Source: an uncultured Desulfosarcina sp.
GTDB taxonomy: Bacteria > Desulfobacterota > Desulfobacteria > Desulfobacterales > Desulfosarcinaceae
DNA: 64,000 bases
Assembly (NCBI GenBank): GCA_963674945.2
Contig: CAXXWQ010000004.1
Coordinates: 3,168,001 to 3,232,000, forward strand
Direction: 5' to 3'
Part shown: positions 41,080-50,888 of the stretch, piece by piece
How the letters are laid out: each line of letters starts with the position of its first letter
How positions within the stretch are numbered: position 1 is the first letter of the stretch
Program-made: the position numbers and the translations under genes
The notes under the pieces: model-generated
What the model was told of the DNA's origin: nothing
Database searches by the model: none
Seen by the model: only the letters and a program-made list of their open reading frames with translations

Positions 41080-41250
41080 GGTTGTTGCAAAATTCCATTC
41101 GTTTTTGATTTAATGTTTTTATACATAAACTAACTGTTTATTAAATACAACAAAAAAATAGTCTAAGTTAAAAACATATTGGAAGAACCATTTCCGGAGA
41201 GAACGGATGTTGTTTGGATGCCGTGAACAAATTGTTGCGATTTGCCTTGG

Positions 41251-42315
41251 CTATGGGAGGGAAACGGATTTATCTTCAACTTGAAGCTGATTCTTTGAAA
41301 GAGTCTGATCTTGAACCAAATTGACGGCCTTCAGGCAAAAGGTTCGTTTCAACGCTTCGATATTTTTTTTCTTCAGGCCTTGCACCCGAGAGACCATGGA
41401 CGGGTGGGTGGTAATGGTCAGCGTGTCGGGTGGATGGGCCATTTGCCGTATCGCCGCCATTACGGCATCCAATACGATTTCACAGAGAACCATGTGCCCG
41501 AAAGCCGGGTGAAACGGACCTGCCAGCAAGTCTTTGTCTGGGGTCAACCCATCAGCGGCCTGCAGCCCCATGCGAGCCACGGGAATCCCCAACCTCTTAA
41601 AATACAAATAGATCCGTTTCACCAATGTCACGCAGCGGGCCAGTTGTATGGGGGTGTATCGACCTGCACGGTACCACGACGCCAGAAGGCTTCCCTTGAG
41701 GACGACGGTGGGGTAGATTCTCACGAAGTCGGGCGATAGTGCGGCAATTCGGTGGGCCGATTCCATGGCACCTTGGTCATCATCACCGGGAAGTCCGACC
41801 ATCATCTGCAGGCCCACCTGATACCCCGCTTTTTTCAATAACGCCACCGCCTGAATGGTATCCGACGATCGGTGTCCCCTGTGGGAGGCTGTCAGTACAT
41901 GGTCGTTCATGGATTGAACGCCCAGTTCCACCGTTTGTACCGGAAATCCCTCCAGCAGCGCCAACGTCTCGCCATTGACCGTGTCCGGGCGGGTGGAAAA
42001 GCGGATACCCGCCACAGATTTTTCTTCGGTAAAGGGCAAGACTGTGTGCAAGAGCGATAAAATGGCCGCAGGGTCGAGTCCTAAAAAATTTCCCCCGAAA
42101 AAGGAAATTTGTGTGGTGGTGACATCTCTTTTTCCGTAGGAAAGAAGTCGATGTACCTCGTTTCGTATCCTTTCCGCGGATGGAAATTGGGCCGCGCTTC
42201 CGGTAATGGCGTGTTGGTTGCAGAACACACACTGATGCGGGCATCCCAGATGGGGTATGAACATCGGAATGATGAAAAGGGGGACGGCTCTTGGGGTGAT
42301 TACCCGCGGTGCCAT
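41251..42315 (-). CDS. Radical SAM protein (Elp3/YhcC/HemN-like)
   Basis: CPHQCVFC, STRPD, VELGVQS. Confidence 0.88.
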   Translation of the reverse strand: MAPRVITPRAVPLFIIPMFIPHLGCPHQCVFCNQHAITGSAAQFPSAERIRNEVHRLLSYGKRDVTTTQISFFGGNFLGLDPAAILSLLHTVLPFTEEKSVAGIRFSTRPDTVNGETLALLEGFPVQTVELGVQSMNDHVLTASHRGHRSSDTIQAVALLKKAGYQVGLQMMVGLPGDDDQGAMESAHRIAALSPDFVRIYPTVVLKGSLLASWYRAGRYTPIQLARCVTLVKRIYLYFKRLGIPVARMGLQAADGLTPDKDLLAGPFHPAFGHMVLCEIVLDAVMAAIRQMAHPPDTLTITTHPSMVSRVQGLKKKNIEALKRTFCLKAVNLVQDQTLSKNQLQVEDKSVSLP

Positions 42316-42316
42316 G

Positions 42317-43036
42317 TCAAGGGGATTTTTCGAGCAGTTCGAGTCCTGCCTGGGCAGCGGCCTGCTCGGCCATCTTTTTGTTTTTTCCATCGCCTTCGGC
42401 AGCGATACCGGCCACGGTCAAGCGTACGGTGAATGTCTTGTCGTGGTCCGGCCCCTGTTCGCGGATTACCCGATACTGGGGAACTTGCCGATGGGTTGAC
42501 TGAACAACCTCTTGAAGCCTGCTTTTGTAGTCGGTTTCATAGCTTGCCTGTGTAATGGCTTTCAGCCGTTGGGAAAAGCGATTTCCCACGAATGCAAAAA
42601 CAGCGTCGAAACCACCATCCAGGTAAATTGCCGCGATCACCGCCTCTGTCGCATCGGCCAGAATGGAGTTTTTTTCCCTGCCGTCGGTGAGCGCTTCCCC
42701 CTTTCCCAAGAGCAGGTGAGGGCCGAGGCCGAGTTCCCGGGCGATGTCGGCCAATTGGGTTTCATTGACCAAATGTGCCCGGTTTCTGGAAAGATCGCCT
42801 TCGGATAGGTCCGGATACCGGATCATCAAAAGGTGGCTGATGGAAAGGTTCAGCACCGCGTCGCCTAAAAATTCGAGCCTCTCATTGCTGGTGATAGAAG
42901 ATTCCGGCTGCTCATTGACGAAAGAACTGTGGCGAAGGGCCGCGGTGAGCTTCTCCGGGTCCTTGAATCGGTATCCGAGCGCCTCTTCCAGTTGGCCGAG
43001 GTCCGGATTTTCCGTTATCGAAGTATCCGTGTTCAT
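42317..43036 (-). CDS. rnc: Ribonuclease III
   Basis: NERLEFLGDAVL and dsRBD (DYKSRLQE...GPDHDKTF). Confidence 0.97.
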   Translation of the reverse strand: MNTDTSITENPDLGQLEEALGYRFKDPEKLTAALRHSSFVNEQPESSITSNERLEFLGDAVLNLSISHLLMIRYPDLSEGDLSRNRAHLVNETQLADIARELGLGPHLLLGKGEALTDGREKNSILADATEAVIAAIYLDGGFDAVFAFVGNRFSQRLKAITQASYETDYKSRLQEVVQSTHRQVPQYRVIREQGPDHDKTFTVRLTVAGIAAEGDGKNKKMAEQAAAQAGLELLEKSP

Positions 43037-43923
43037 CGTTTCAGCCGTGCTATCAGGGATTCATACAGGTGATAGGGTACATGAAAACTGCCGTTTCCAA
43101 CCCCCATCTCAAGGTTCGGGGTCACGGCACCGTGAAAGTCGGTTCCTCCCGTGATCAACAGGTCATGTTTTCGGGCAAGAAGACAGTATTCCTCGGTGGC
43201 CCATTGGGGGTGGTCTGGATAGATGGCCTCGATTCCCTTCAGTCCCTTGGATTGGAGGTCCAAAATGAAGTTCTCGCGGACTTTCGCATCCTTCAATCCG
43301 TTTACATGGGGATGGGCCAACACGGCAATACCGCCGGCCCCATTGATGGCATCGATGGTGTCGGTCATGGGGATTCGGTACTTTTGCACATAGGCGGGTT
43401 TGTTTTTTCCCAAGAATCGATCGAATGCATCGTCGATGGATGTCACCATCTTTTTTTCCATCATTAACCGGGCAATGTGGGGACGGCCGACCATGGCACT
43501 GCCCACGATACGGGAAAGCTCCCTCTCCTCGAGGACCATACCCAAGGCTTTGAGCCGCTTTATGATCTTCGGCGTTCTCTCTTCTCTGGCCTGTTGCGCA
43601 ATCTGCAAAACGTCCAGCAGGCCCGGATTGGAAGGATCGATGCCGTATCCGAGAACATGAACGCTCCCGTTCAGCGGATACCCGTCAGGGGCGGCAGCAC
43701 TGATTTCGATTCCGGTCAAAAACTCGAGTGAAGGGGGAATGCCCCTGGCCAGGGCGTCTTCGGAACCCGAAAGGGTATCATGGTCGGTGATGGCGATGGC
43801 TTTCAGGCCAAGCGTTACCGCCTTCACCAGAATCTCGGATGGTGTCAGTGTGCCGTCAGAGGCCGTTGAGTGGATATGCAGATCGATGCCGGCAGAGGAT
43901 TCAGATGCCAAGGGCTTTTTCAA
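43033..43923 (-). CDS. PHP-domain phosphoesterase (TrpH/YciV-like)
   Basis: DLHIHSTASDG, ITDHDT, LAHP, GGTDFHG. Confidence 0.9.
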   Translation of the reverse strand: MKKPLASESSAGIDLHIHSTASDGTLTPSEILVKAVTLGLKAIAITDHDTLSGSEDALARGIPPSLEFLTGIEISAAAPDGYPLNGSVHVLGYGIDPSNPGLLDVLQIAQQAREERTPKIIKRLKALGMVLEERELSRIVGSAMVGRPHIARLMMEKKMVTSIDDAFDRFLGKNKPAYVQKYRIPMTDTIDAINGAGGIAVLAHPHVNGLKDAKVRENFILDLQSKGLKGIEAIYPDHPQWATEEYCLLARKHDLLITGGTDFHGAVTPNLEMGVGNGSFHVPYHLYESLIARLKR

Positions 43924-44263
43924 AAGCCTCCTCTTTGGTTTTGCATTCGATACACTGGGTGGTGACCGGCCTTGCCTTGAGCCGCTCTATGGAGATATCA
44001 TCGCCACATTTTTCGCAGATGCCGAAGGTACCGTTTTCGATTCGTTCCAGTGCTTTTTTTACCTTCTTGATCAGCTTGTGCTCGCGGTCTCGAATCCGCA
44101 ACATGAAGTTGCGATCGGATTCCAGTGTCGCCCGGTCCGTGGGATCCGGAAAGTTTTCCTTTTGTTCCGTCATCCCGGAAACGGTTTGGTCCGCATGACT
44201 CAACAATTCCTGCAGCCGCTTGTGGAGGAGCTCTTCAAAAAATTTGATCTCTTTTTTATCCAT
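43901..44263 (-). CDS. dksA: RNA polymerase-binding protein DksA
   Basis: DPTDRA coiled-coil tip and CEKC...CIEC zinc finger. Confidence 0.95.
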   Translation of the reverse strand: MDKKEIKFFEELLHKRLQELLSHADQTVSGMTEQKENFPDPTDRATLESDRNFMLRIRDREHKLIKKVKKALERIENGTFGICEKCGDDISIERLKARPVTTQCIECKTKEEAFEKALGI

Positions 44264-44361
44264 CGCTCAATCCTGTGCAAAGTGAAAATATCTCTATTTC
44301 TAACAAAGAATGAAAGTTAACACATGGTTGGAGGCATGTAAAGGGGTATTGTATCATTATA

Positions 44362-44399
44362 CCGTGCCGCCACAATGGACAATAAATGTGGCGGCACGG
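44362..44399. terminator. GC-rich hairpin downstream of fabD
   Basis: Perfect 13-bp inverted repeat CCGTGCCGCCACA/TGTGGCGGCACGG; weak U-tract. Confidence 0.6.
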
Positions 44400-44416
44400 A
44401 GATCTTTCATTCAGGA

Positions 44417-45349
44417 TCACCGGGAAACCAGCGATTCCAGTGATTTCATATCACTGACATTGAAAACGGAGTATTCGTAGTCAACAGGTACGATCTTCTT
44501 CAGCAGGCCCGCAAGCACTTTTCCCGGCCCCACTTCCACGAACATGTCGACCCGCTCTTCGACGAATCGGCATACGGTATCGAACCATTTGACCGGGCTG
44601 CAAAGCTGCAACGCCATGAGCCTGCGGATTTCATTTCCATCTTCACAGCCATCGGCGGTCACGTTGTGGATGACGGTGCGGGTCGGGGAATTGAACGCAA
44701 CGCCGCCTAAAAAGTCCGTGAACTCCGCCTCGGCACCCCGGATCAGATCGCTGTGCCAGGCACCGCTCACCTTCAGGGGAATGGCCCGGGCCCCCTTTGA
44801 TTTGGCTGCGGCGGACACGGCACCCACCGCATCCGGAGAACCGGTAATGACGATCTGCGTTTCGGCATTGTGATTGGCAACGGAAACCACGCCTTCTTCC
44901 TGTCCCTCCTCTACCAGGGCCGTTACGGCGGACATGTCCAGTCCGATGATGGCACTCATGGCGCCTTTGTGTTTCAACGATTCCCGATGCATCAGTTCGC
45001 CCCGTTTGAAAACCAAACGAAGGGTGTCGGCCATGGAAATCACGCCGGCGGACCGCAGGGCGCAATATTCTCCCAGGCTGTGACCGGCGGAAAACGCGCA
45101 GGCAACACCCGTTTGATCGATGGCGGCCAGGACTGCGAGGTTAACGGCGGTAATGGCCGGTTGAAGGTTCACGGTTTCGGTAAGCGTCTCCATGGGACCT
45201 TTGAAACAATAGCGGGATATGGGCGCACCGGCGATATCATCGGCGGCATCGAAAATCTCCCTGACGAAGTCGTATTCCTGAAACAGGTCCTGTCCCATCC
45301 CGACCGATTGAGAACCCTGGCCGGGAAACAAAAATGCAATTTTTTTCAA
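44417..45349 (-). CDS. fabD: Malonyl-CoA:ACP transacylase
   Basis: FPGQGSQ, GHSLGEY, VSGAWHS. Confidence 0.96.
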   Translation of the reverse strand: MKKIAFLFPGQGSQSVGMGQDLFQEYDFVREIFDAADDIAGAPISRYCFKGPMETLTETVNLQPAITAVNLAVLAAIDQTGVACAFSAGHSLGEYCALRSAGVISMADTLRLVFKRGELMHRESLKHKGAMSAIIGLDMSAVTALVEEGQEEGVVSVANHNAETQIVITGSPDAVGAVSAAAKSKGARAIPLKVSGAWHSDLIRGAEAEFTDFLGGVAFNSPTRTVIHNVTADGCEDGNEIRRLMALQLCSPVKWFDTVCRFVEERVDMFVEVGPGKVLAGLLKKIVPVDYEYSVFNVSDMKSLESLVSR

Positions 45350-45387
45350 TGTGTCTCCTCCATTTCCAATAGGTCTGCCCGTATGAT

Positions 45388-45517
45388 CTTCTAAGGAATT
45401 CGTTCATTAGTACAAATAAAAAGCTTTTCCCTCATTTTCGCCTATCGGCAAAAGTTAATAAAACGAGTTTCTTGCATGTGATTGTTTGGCCATACGTGGC
45501 CTGGAAAAGCTTTTTAC
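45388..45517 (+). repeat. Linker plus type B repeat
   Basis: CTTCTAAGGAATTCGTTCATTA then AAAAAGCTTTTCCC...GGAAAAGCTTTTTAC; overlaps the hemA TAA. Confidence 0.88.
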
Positions 45518-46776
45518 AGCTTGAAAAGTTTCCGTGTCATCTCCAGTGAGACACGCTTATCTCCCCGGCATCCGTTTTTCTTCAGGAAACTGGTGGGGTC
45601 GTGGAGAATTTTATTCACCAACGCGCCGGTCATTCGCTCGATGGCACGTTTGTCCGATTCGGAAAGATGACCCAGGGAGACCAGGGTTTTTTCCAGTTCC
45701 CGTCTGGCCAGATCCTCCACCTTCGAACGCAGCGAAACGATGGTCGGAACGACTTCGAGGGTTTCGTACCATTTGCGGAAACCGATGACCGCTTCGTCGA
45801 TGATCCGCTGTGCCTTGATGGCCTCGCGGTTTCGGTCTTCCACGTTTTCATCCACGATTCCTTTCAGATCGTCGATGTCGTATACATAGGCATTGCTGAG
45901 TCGGTTGATGGCCGGATCGATGTCCCTGGGCACGGCGATGTCGATGAAAAAGAGACTGCGATTGCGTCGGCTTTTCATGGCCTCTTTGACCTGTCCCTTT
46001 TCCAGAACGAATTGGCTGGCACCGGTGGAACTGATGACGATGTCCACTTTTTTCAAGGCTTCCGGGATCTCTTCGAATTTGATCGCCTCGCCGGAAAAGC
46101 GATTTGCCAATTCCACACCACGGGCAAAGGTACGGTTGGCCACCGTGATGGCACCGGCCCGGTTGCGGATCAGGTGCTCGACGGCCAGTTCGGCCATCTC
46201 TCCCGCACCCACCAACATCACCTGCTTTCCGAAAATGTCCCCGAAGATCTTCTTTGCCAATTCGATGGCGGCATAACTGATGCTTACCGCATGGTCACCG
46301 ATGCCAGTCTCCGTTCGGACCTTTTTGGCCACGAAAAAGGTTCGGTGAAGCAGTTTGTTAAGTATGACGCCGGAGGTCTTCTCCTCCGTCGCCCTGCGAT
46401 AGGCCGCCTTCATCTGGCCGAGGATCTGGGGCTCTCCCACCACCATGGAATCCAGACTGGCCGCCACCGTGAAAACGTGTCGCACGGCCTCGTCTCCCGT
46501 GTACTGGTAGAGGGCATCTTCAAACCGGGACAAGGGGATTTTTTTGAAGTCGGAGATGAATTCTTTCGCCAGGGGAAGGGCCGTCTCCTGATTTTCCACG
46601 GCCATGAGCAGTTCGACGCGATTGCAGGTGGAAAAGAGGACGGATTCGTCGATGGCCGGCATGTCCCGGAGTGCGACCAAGGCCCGATCGGCCTCCTCCG
46701 GGGTAAAGGCGATACACTCCCGCACATCGACAGAGGCGGTTTTATGGTTCATTCCGAGCAGTAGGATGTCACGCAT
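45514..46776 (-). CDS. hemA: Glutamyl-tRNA reductase
   Basis: STCNRVE, SLDSMVVGEPQILGQ, GAGEMA, DIAVPRD. Confidence 0.97.
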   Translation of the reverse strand: MRDILLLGMNHKTASVDVRECIAFTPEEADRALVALRDMPAIDESVLFSTCNRVELLMAVENQETALPLAKEFISDFKKIPLSRFEDALYQYTGDEAVRHVFTVAASLDSMVVGEPQILGQMKAAYRRATEEKTSGVILNKLLHRTFFVAKKVRTETGIGDHAVSISYAAIELAKKIFGDIFGKQVMLVGAGEMAELAVEHLIRNRAGAITVANRTFARGVELANRFSGEAIKFEEIPEALKKVDIVISSTGASQFVLEKGQVKEAMKSRRNRSLFFIDIAVPRDIDPAINRLSNAYVYDIDDLKGIVDENVEDRNREAIKAQRIIDEAVIGFRKWYETLEVVPTIVSLRSKVEDLARRELEKTLVSLGHLSESDKRAIERMTGALVNKILHDPTSFLKKNGCRGDKRVSLEMTRKLFKL

Positions 46777-46842
46777 GGTTTTCGATTGGTTGTCGGTCCG
46801 GCACCTTTCGGCGTCGGCGGTTTTCGGGGCCGATTGCATCAT

Positions 46843-47664
46843 CTATAACGCCGTGAAGGTGCCATGGTGGCCCTGAAGTAAAAAGTTCACACCCAAAAAG
46901 GTGAACAGCAAGACGCCGAATCCGATGATGGCCATGATGGCCGCCCGTCTTCCCCGCCAGCCAACGGCGAGCCGTTCATGGAGAAGTGCCGCGTAAAACA
47001 GCCAGGTGATGGCGGACCATACCTCCTTGGGATCCCACCCCCAGAATCTCCCCCAGACAGCTTTTGCGTATATCATGCCGGTAATCAAACCGATGGTTGT
47101 CATGGAAAAACCCACCACGATGCAGGCATAACCGGTGACGTCCAACAGATCCAGTGCCGGCAGTCGGGAGAAAAAGAACCCCCGGATTTTCCTTTTGATG
47201 GCTCTTTCCTGCAAAAGGTACAAAAGGCCGAGTCCGCAGGCCAGGGCAAAGGCGGCGTTTCCCAAGAAGATCGTCACGATATGGGCGGCGAGCCACCAGC
47301 TTTTAAACAGTTGCGGGGTCTGGGATACCGATTTGGGCATCTGATATGCTGCAATCATGGTCAAACTGATGAGCGGTGCGGCGTATATCCCCAAGATTTT
47401 CAGCCGATACACGAAAAAAAAGCCCAAAAACACGGCCGTGATGGCCCATGCGGTGACCGAAAGGGTCTCGTGAAGGTTGCTGATGGGGAAGGTTCCTGCC
47501 CGGATGCCGCCGATCACCAGTGAAGCCGTGTGGACGATGAATCCAGCCAGCATCAAACCGGCGGCGATTCGCTGGATGGCGTCTTTTTGAAAAAAAAGAA
47601 ACCCGAAATAGCAGGCGCAACTGAACAGATAGACGATGGTCGCGAGGATGAAGACGGGTTCCAT
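46843..47664 (-). CDS. ccsA: Cytochrome c biogenesis protein CcsA/HemX-like
   Basis: WGRFWGWDPKEVWS (WWD domain). Confidence 0.88.
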   Translation of the reverse strand: MEPVFILATIVYLFSCACYFGFLFFQKDAIQRIAAGLMLAGFIVHTASLVIGGIRAGTFPISNLHETLSVTAWAITAVFLGFFFVYRLKILGIYAAPLISLTMIAAYQMPKSVSQTPQLFKSWWLAAHIVTIFLGNAAFALACGLGLLYLLQERAIKRKIRGFFFSRLPALDLLDVTGYACIVVGFSMTTIGLITGMIYAKAVWGRFWGWDPKEVWSAITWLFYAALLHERLAVGWRGRRAAIMAIIGFGVLLFTFLGVNFLLQGHHGTFTAL

Positions 47665-47665
47665 G

Positions 47666-48343
47666 TTACTCCCCGGGCCTTGTGCCGGACGGCATCAATT
47701 GATCGTATCGGTAGCCGGGCCCCAACACTTCTTCCAGCAATCCATCAATGCGATGGATATCCCTTTTTTTCACCAGTCCGAGCAGGTCTTCGGCGATGAG
47801 CCGTTCGAACAAGGGTTTGTGCACTTCGGGATCATGGGCCGTGGCTAGCAATCGGATTCGGATGGCCCCCATCAGATCCAGAAGGACTCCATATTCCGGG
47901 CCGAACTGTGTCTCCAGCCGTTGCCTGATGTGTTTGGCAAAGGCGGGGCTCTTTCCGGCCGTTGAGATCGCCATCACGAAATCACCCCGACGAACGATGG
48001 CCGGCAAAGTGAAATTACATATCTCGGGGCGGTCGGCGATGTTGCACAGGATGTTTCCTGATTCGGCGTCGGCGCTGATCCGGCGATTCAATTGTTCATC
48101 GTCGGTGGCGCCGATCACCAGAAACATACCCGTGACATCCGCTGACCGGTAGGCACGTCGTTTCAGTTCGATGGTCCGGTCCGATGCCAGCGCTTCCACT
48201 GCAGGCGTGACCGCCGGGCTCACGACCGTCACCAGCGCCCCGCATTGTACCAGGGTCGTCACCTTTCGTGCCCCCACCCGCCCGCCACCGACCACAAGAC
48301 AGGGGCGATTGCGAATGTCGAGGTTTACCGGATAGTATCGCAT
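47666..48343 (-). CDS. sirC: Precorrin-2 dehydrogenase/sirohydrochlorin ferrochelatase
   Basis: YYPVNL, VVGGGRVG, ISTAGKSP. Confidence 0.88.
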   Translation of the reverse strand: MRYYPVNLDIRNRPCLVVGGGRVGARKVTTLVQCGALVTVVSPAVTPAVEALASDRTIELKRRAYRSADVTGMFLVIGATDDEQLNRRISADAESGNILCNIADRPEICNFTLPAIVRRGDFVMAISTAGKSPAFAKHIRQRLETQFGPEYGVLLDLMGAIRIRLLATAHDPEVHKPLFERLIAEDLLGLVKKRDIHRIDGLLEEVLGPGYRYDQLMPSGTRPGE

Positions 48344-48368
48344 AGAGCGGGTTCGTCTTCACACAGGG

Positions 48369-49139
48369 TTATAATTCGAAGGTCAATAGATCCTTTGCCA
48401 GTACAATCGAACCATTATAGGTGTTTCGGCACTGTTTTTCAATATCGGCGTCATCGCATGCGGGATAAAAATGGGTCAGCACCAATTTTCTGACCGACGC
48501 TGTCTGGGCGATTGTCCCGGCCGCAGAGGGGGTCAGGTGGCCTTCGACTTTTTGTCCGTCGGGAAACGCCGATTCACAGATGAAAAGGTCTGCATCGGTG
48601 GCGAGACGGACCAGTTCCCGACAAACGTCGGTGTCCCCCGAGTAGACCATGGTCTTTTTGTCCGTATCGGTAATGCGAAAAGCCAGGCTTTCCGGTCTGT
48701 GGGCTACGGGGGCGCTGTCAACGGTAAAGGAAGGAAACCGGTGGCGGTCCGGTTTCTCGGTGTCGAGTTCCACAATCTCGAAACGGTCCGGTGGAAGGAC
48801 GATCCACTGGCCATAAACATCCTGCAAACGAGAGAAAAAAGCTTGAAACCCGTGGCCGGCGACGATGGTGATCGGCTGTTTTTGGAAAGAAGGTGCCGGA
48901 TATTTCAGGGCGAACAGAAACGAAGCCAGTTCGCCTACATGATCCGGATGAAAGTGGCTGATGAAAAGATGGGAGATGTCGAAGATGGAGACACCGGCCT
49001 CCAGCAATCGGCGCATCACACCGGGACCGCAGTCGAAGAGCATCTTGTTGCCCTCCGTTTGCATCAAAACAGCGCATGGGGAACGCTTCAGGGAGGGGAC
49101 GCAGGTCCCTGAGCCGAGTATCGTGATTTGACTGGTCAT
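48369..49139 (-). CDS. MBL-fold metallohydrolase (RNase Z-like)
   Basis: ILGSG, SHFHPDH, YSGDT, LTHFYP. Confidence 0.88.
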   Translation of the reverse strand: MTSQITILGSGTCVPSLKRSPCAVLMQTEGNKMLFDCGPGVMRRLLEAGVSIFDISHLFISHFHPDHVGELASFLFALKYPAPSFQKQPITIVAGHGFQAFFSRLQDVYGQWIVLPPDRFEIVELDTEKPDRHRFPSFTVDSAPVAHRPESLAFRITDTDKKTMVYSGDTDVCRELVRLATDADLFICESAFPDGQKVEGHLTPSAAGTIAQTASVRKLVLTHFYPACDDADIEKQCRNTYNGSIVLAKDLLTFEL

Positions 49140-49343
49140 CGTCTCTTCCTTTCTACCGTGGTGAAAGACATGATGGTGACGGCCAAATCAGTTTTCGGGC
49201 CGTGTGTGGGACCATCATGGTACAGATAAAATAGACGACAATGAAAAAAAAATCGAGCGTCCAAATCACGATAAAAAGTGATTACATGGGAGCACTTTGC
49301 TTTTTTGCCGTCATCGTATGGCTTGGCGTCCGGATTATGGTGC

Positions 49344-49372
49344 TTGACACAATGCATCGAAATATTTATTAA
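49344..49372 (+). promoter_or_regulatory. Putative sigma70 promoter of the Fo operon
   Basis: TTGACA-N17-TATTAA in an AT-rich intergenic region. Confidence 0.4.
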
Positions 49373-49564
49373 TGAATGCAGTTCAAGGGTTGTTGAACAT
49401 AAGAAAAAACTAACCATTATAATAATTTAATGCCGATCACATCGGCTCTGGAGTGCATGGCCAATCCGGTCGCTGCCGTCTATGGTGCGGTTACAAAAGT
49501 CCCGCCATGCGCCTATTCGTTCCCGGCGGACCAAAAGCAAGCTCAATCAGAACGGAAACATTGG

Positions 49565-49831
49565 TTGTTCGATTTCAAAAAAAACAGGGATTGGGCCGAA
49601 AACCTGACGATTGTAACCCAGTTGGGTCTGACCATGGCCGGTTGCATCGTTTTTTGTTTTTTTTTAGGATACTTTCTGGACCGGTGGATCGGGTGGAACG
49701 GCGTGTTTACGACGATATTCATCTTACTCGGCGTCGCCGGAGGGGCAAATGTCTGCTACCGGCAGATCCTCGAAGTGACCGAACCGAAAAAGAAGGATGA
49801 TCCCCATGACCATAGCGGCACCCGTTCGTGA
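49565..49831 (+). CDS. atpZ: AtpZ/AtpI-family small membrane protein
   Basis: QLGLTMAGCIVFCFFLGYFLDRW...LLGVAGG; start uncertain (frame open from 49430). Confidence 0.8.
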   Translation: MFDFKKNRDWAENLTIVTQLGLTMAGCIVFCFFLGYFLDRWIGWNGVFTTIFILLGVAGGANVCYRQILEVTEPKKKDDPHDHSGTRS

Positions 49832-50195
49832 GATTCAAAAAAGTTATGGCACCAAAGCCATGGCCCTTGCCATCGGTGTCAGTATAATTTTTTTGATATT
49901 CGGGGAAAAAGCCATGTGTCGGGGATTGGTGCTCGGCGCGTTTTTCAGCGTCCTCAATTTCGTCCTGATGGCGCAGACACTGCACCTGAAAATAAAACCG
50001 GAACGCACCAAAGCATCCATTTCCGCCCTGGGCAATGTGTTTTTTCGATTTGCGTTCATGGCCATTCCGCTCTTTTTTGCCATTCAGTACCCCAGATTCG
50101 ATCTGATGACCACCATCGTCGGGCTATTTTCGGTTCAGACGGTTATATTGGTTGATCATCTTCTGCGTCACTATGTGTTTTCAAAAAGAAAGTGA
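49797..50195 (+). CDS. atpI: ATP synthase protein I
   Basis: About 4 TM helices, GLVLGAFFSVLNF; position before atpB. Confidence 0.8.
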   Translation: MIPMTIAAPVREIQKSYGTKAMALAIGVSIIFLIFGEKAMCRGLVLGAFFSVLNFVLMAQTLHLKIKPERTKASISALGNVFFRFAFMAIPLFFAIQYPRFDLMTTIVGLFSVQTVILVDHLLRHYVFSKRK

Positions 50196-50210
50196 TACGG
50201 TGCGAACGAA

Positions 50211-50885
50211 ATGGAAGAATTAGGGAAAGTCCACCAACTCATCGTTCCTTTTCTCGGCCGCAACATGGTGTTTAATTTGGACGCCATCATGTACACCTGG
50301 ATCGTCATGTTGCTGATCCTGGTGTTCGGCATTTTGAGTACGCGAAAAAGAGGCGTCATACCCAATCCATTCCAAATCTTCGGCGAGTTGTTTGTCACCA
50401 TTCTCTACGACCTGACCGAAGACGCGTTGGGAAAGGAGATGGGGAAGAAATACGCACCCTTGATCTGTGCGCTTTTCATGTTTCTTCTGCTATGCAACTG
50501 GATCGGCATCATTCCCCATCTGGAGGAGCCCACGAAGGACCTCAACACGCCCTTGAGTCTGGGTGTCATGGGATTTTGTATCGCCCACTATGTCGGTATC
50601 AAAACCAAGGGATTCAAGGCCTATATCAAAGAGTATTTCGAACCATTTTTCATCATGATGCCGCTGAATCTGATCGGTGAGCTGGCCAAAATCGTTTCCA
50701 TCTCTTTTCGTCTGTTCGGTAATATCATGGGCGGCGCCATCATCATTCTCGTCGTCTCGTATCTGACCTACAGCATTCTCTTACCACCTCTTTTAAACGC
50801 GTTTTTCGGCCTTTTTGTCGGTGCGATCCAGGCCTTTGTGTTTACCATGTTAACCGTAGTTTATATCTCAGTGCAGGCAAAGTAA
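50211..50885 (+). CDS. atpB: Fo subunit a
   Basis: PTKDLN, SISFRLFGNI (essential Arg), IQAFVFTMLTVVY. Confidence 0.95.
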   Translation: MEELGKVHQLIVPFLGRNMVFNLDAIMYTWIVMLLILVFGILSTRKRGVIPNPFQIFGELFVTILYDLTEDALGKEMGKKYAPLICALFMFLLLCNWIGIIPHLEEPTKDLNTPLSLGVMGFCIAHYVGIKTKGFKAYIKEYFEPFFIMMPLNLIGELAKIVSISFRLFGNIMGGAIIILVVSYLTYSILLPPLLNAFFGLFVGAIQAFVFTMLTVVYISVQAK

Positions 50886-50888
50886 TCC

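Noticed and set aside
2020..45517. Repeats as a CRISPR array
   Set aside because: They are dispersed, over 100 bp, have no regular spacers, and no cas genes are present.
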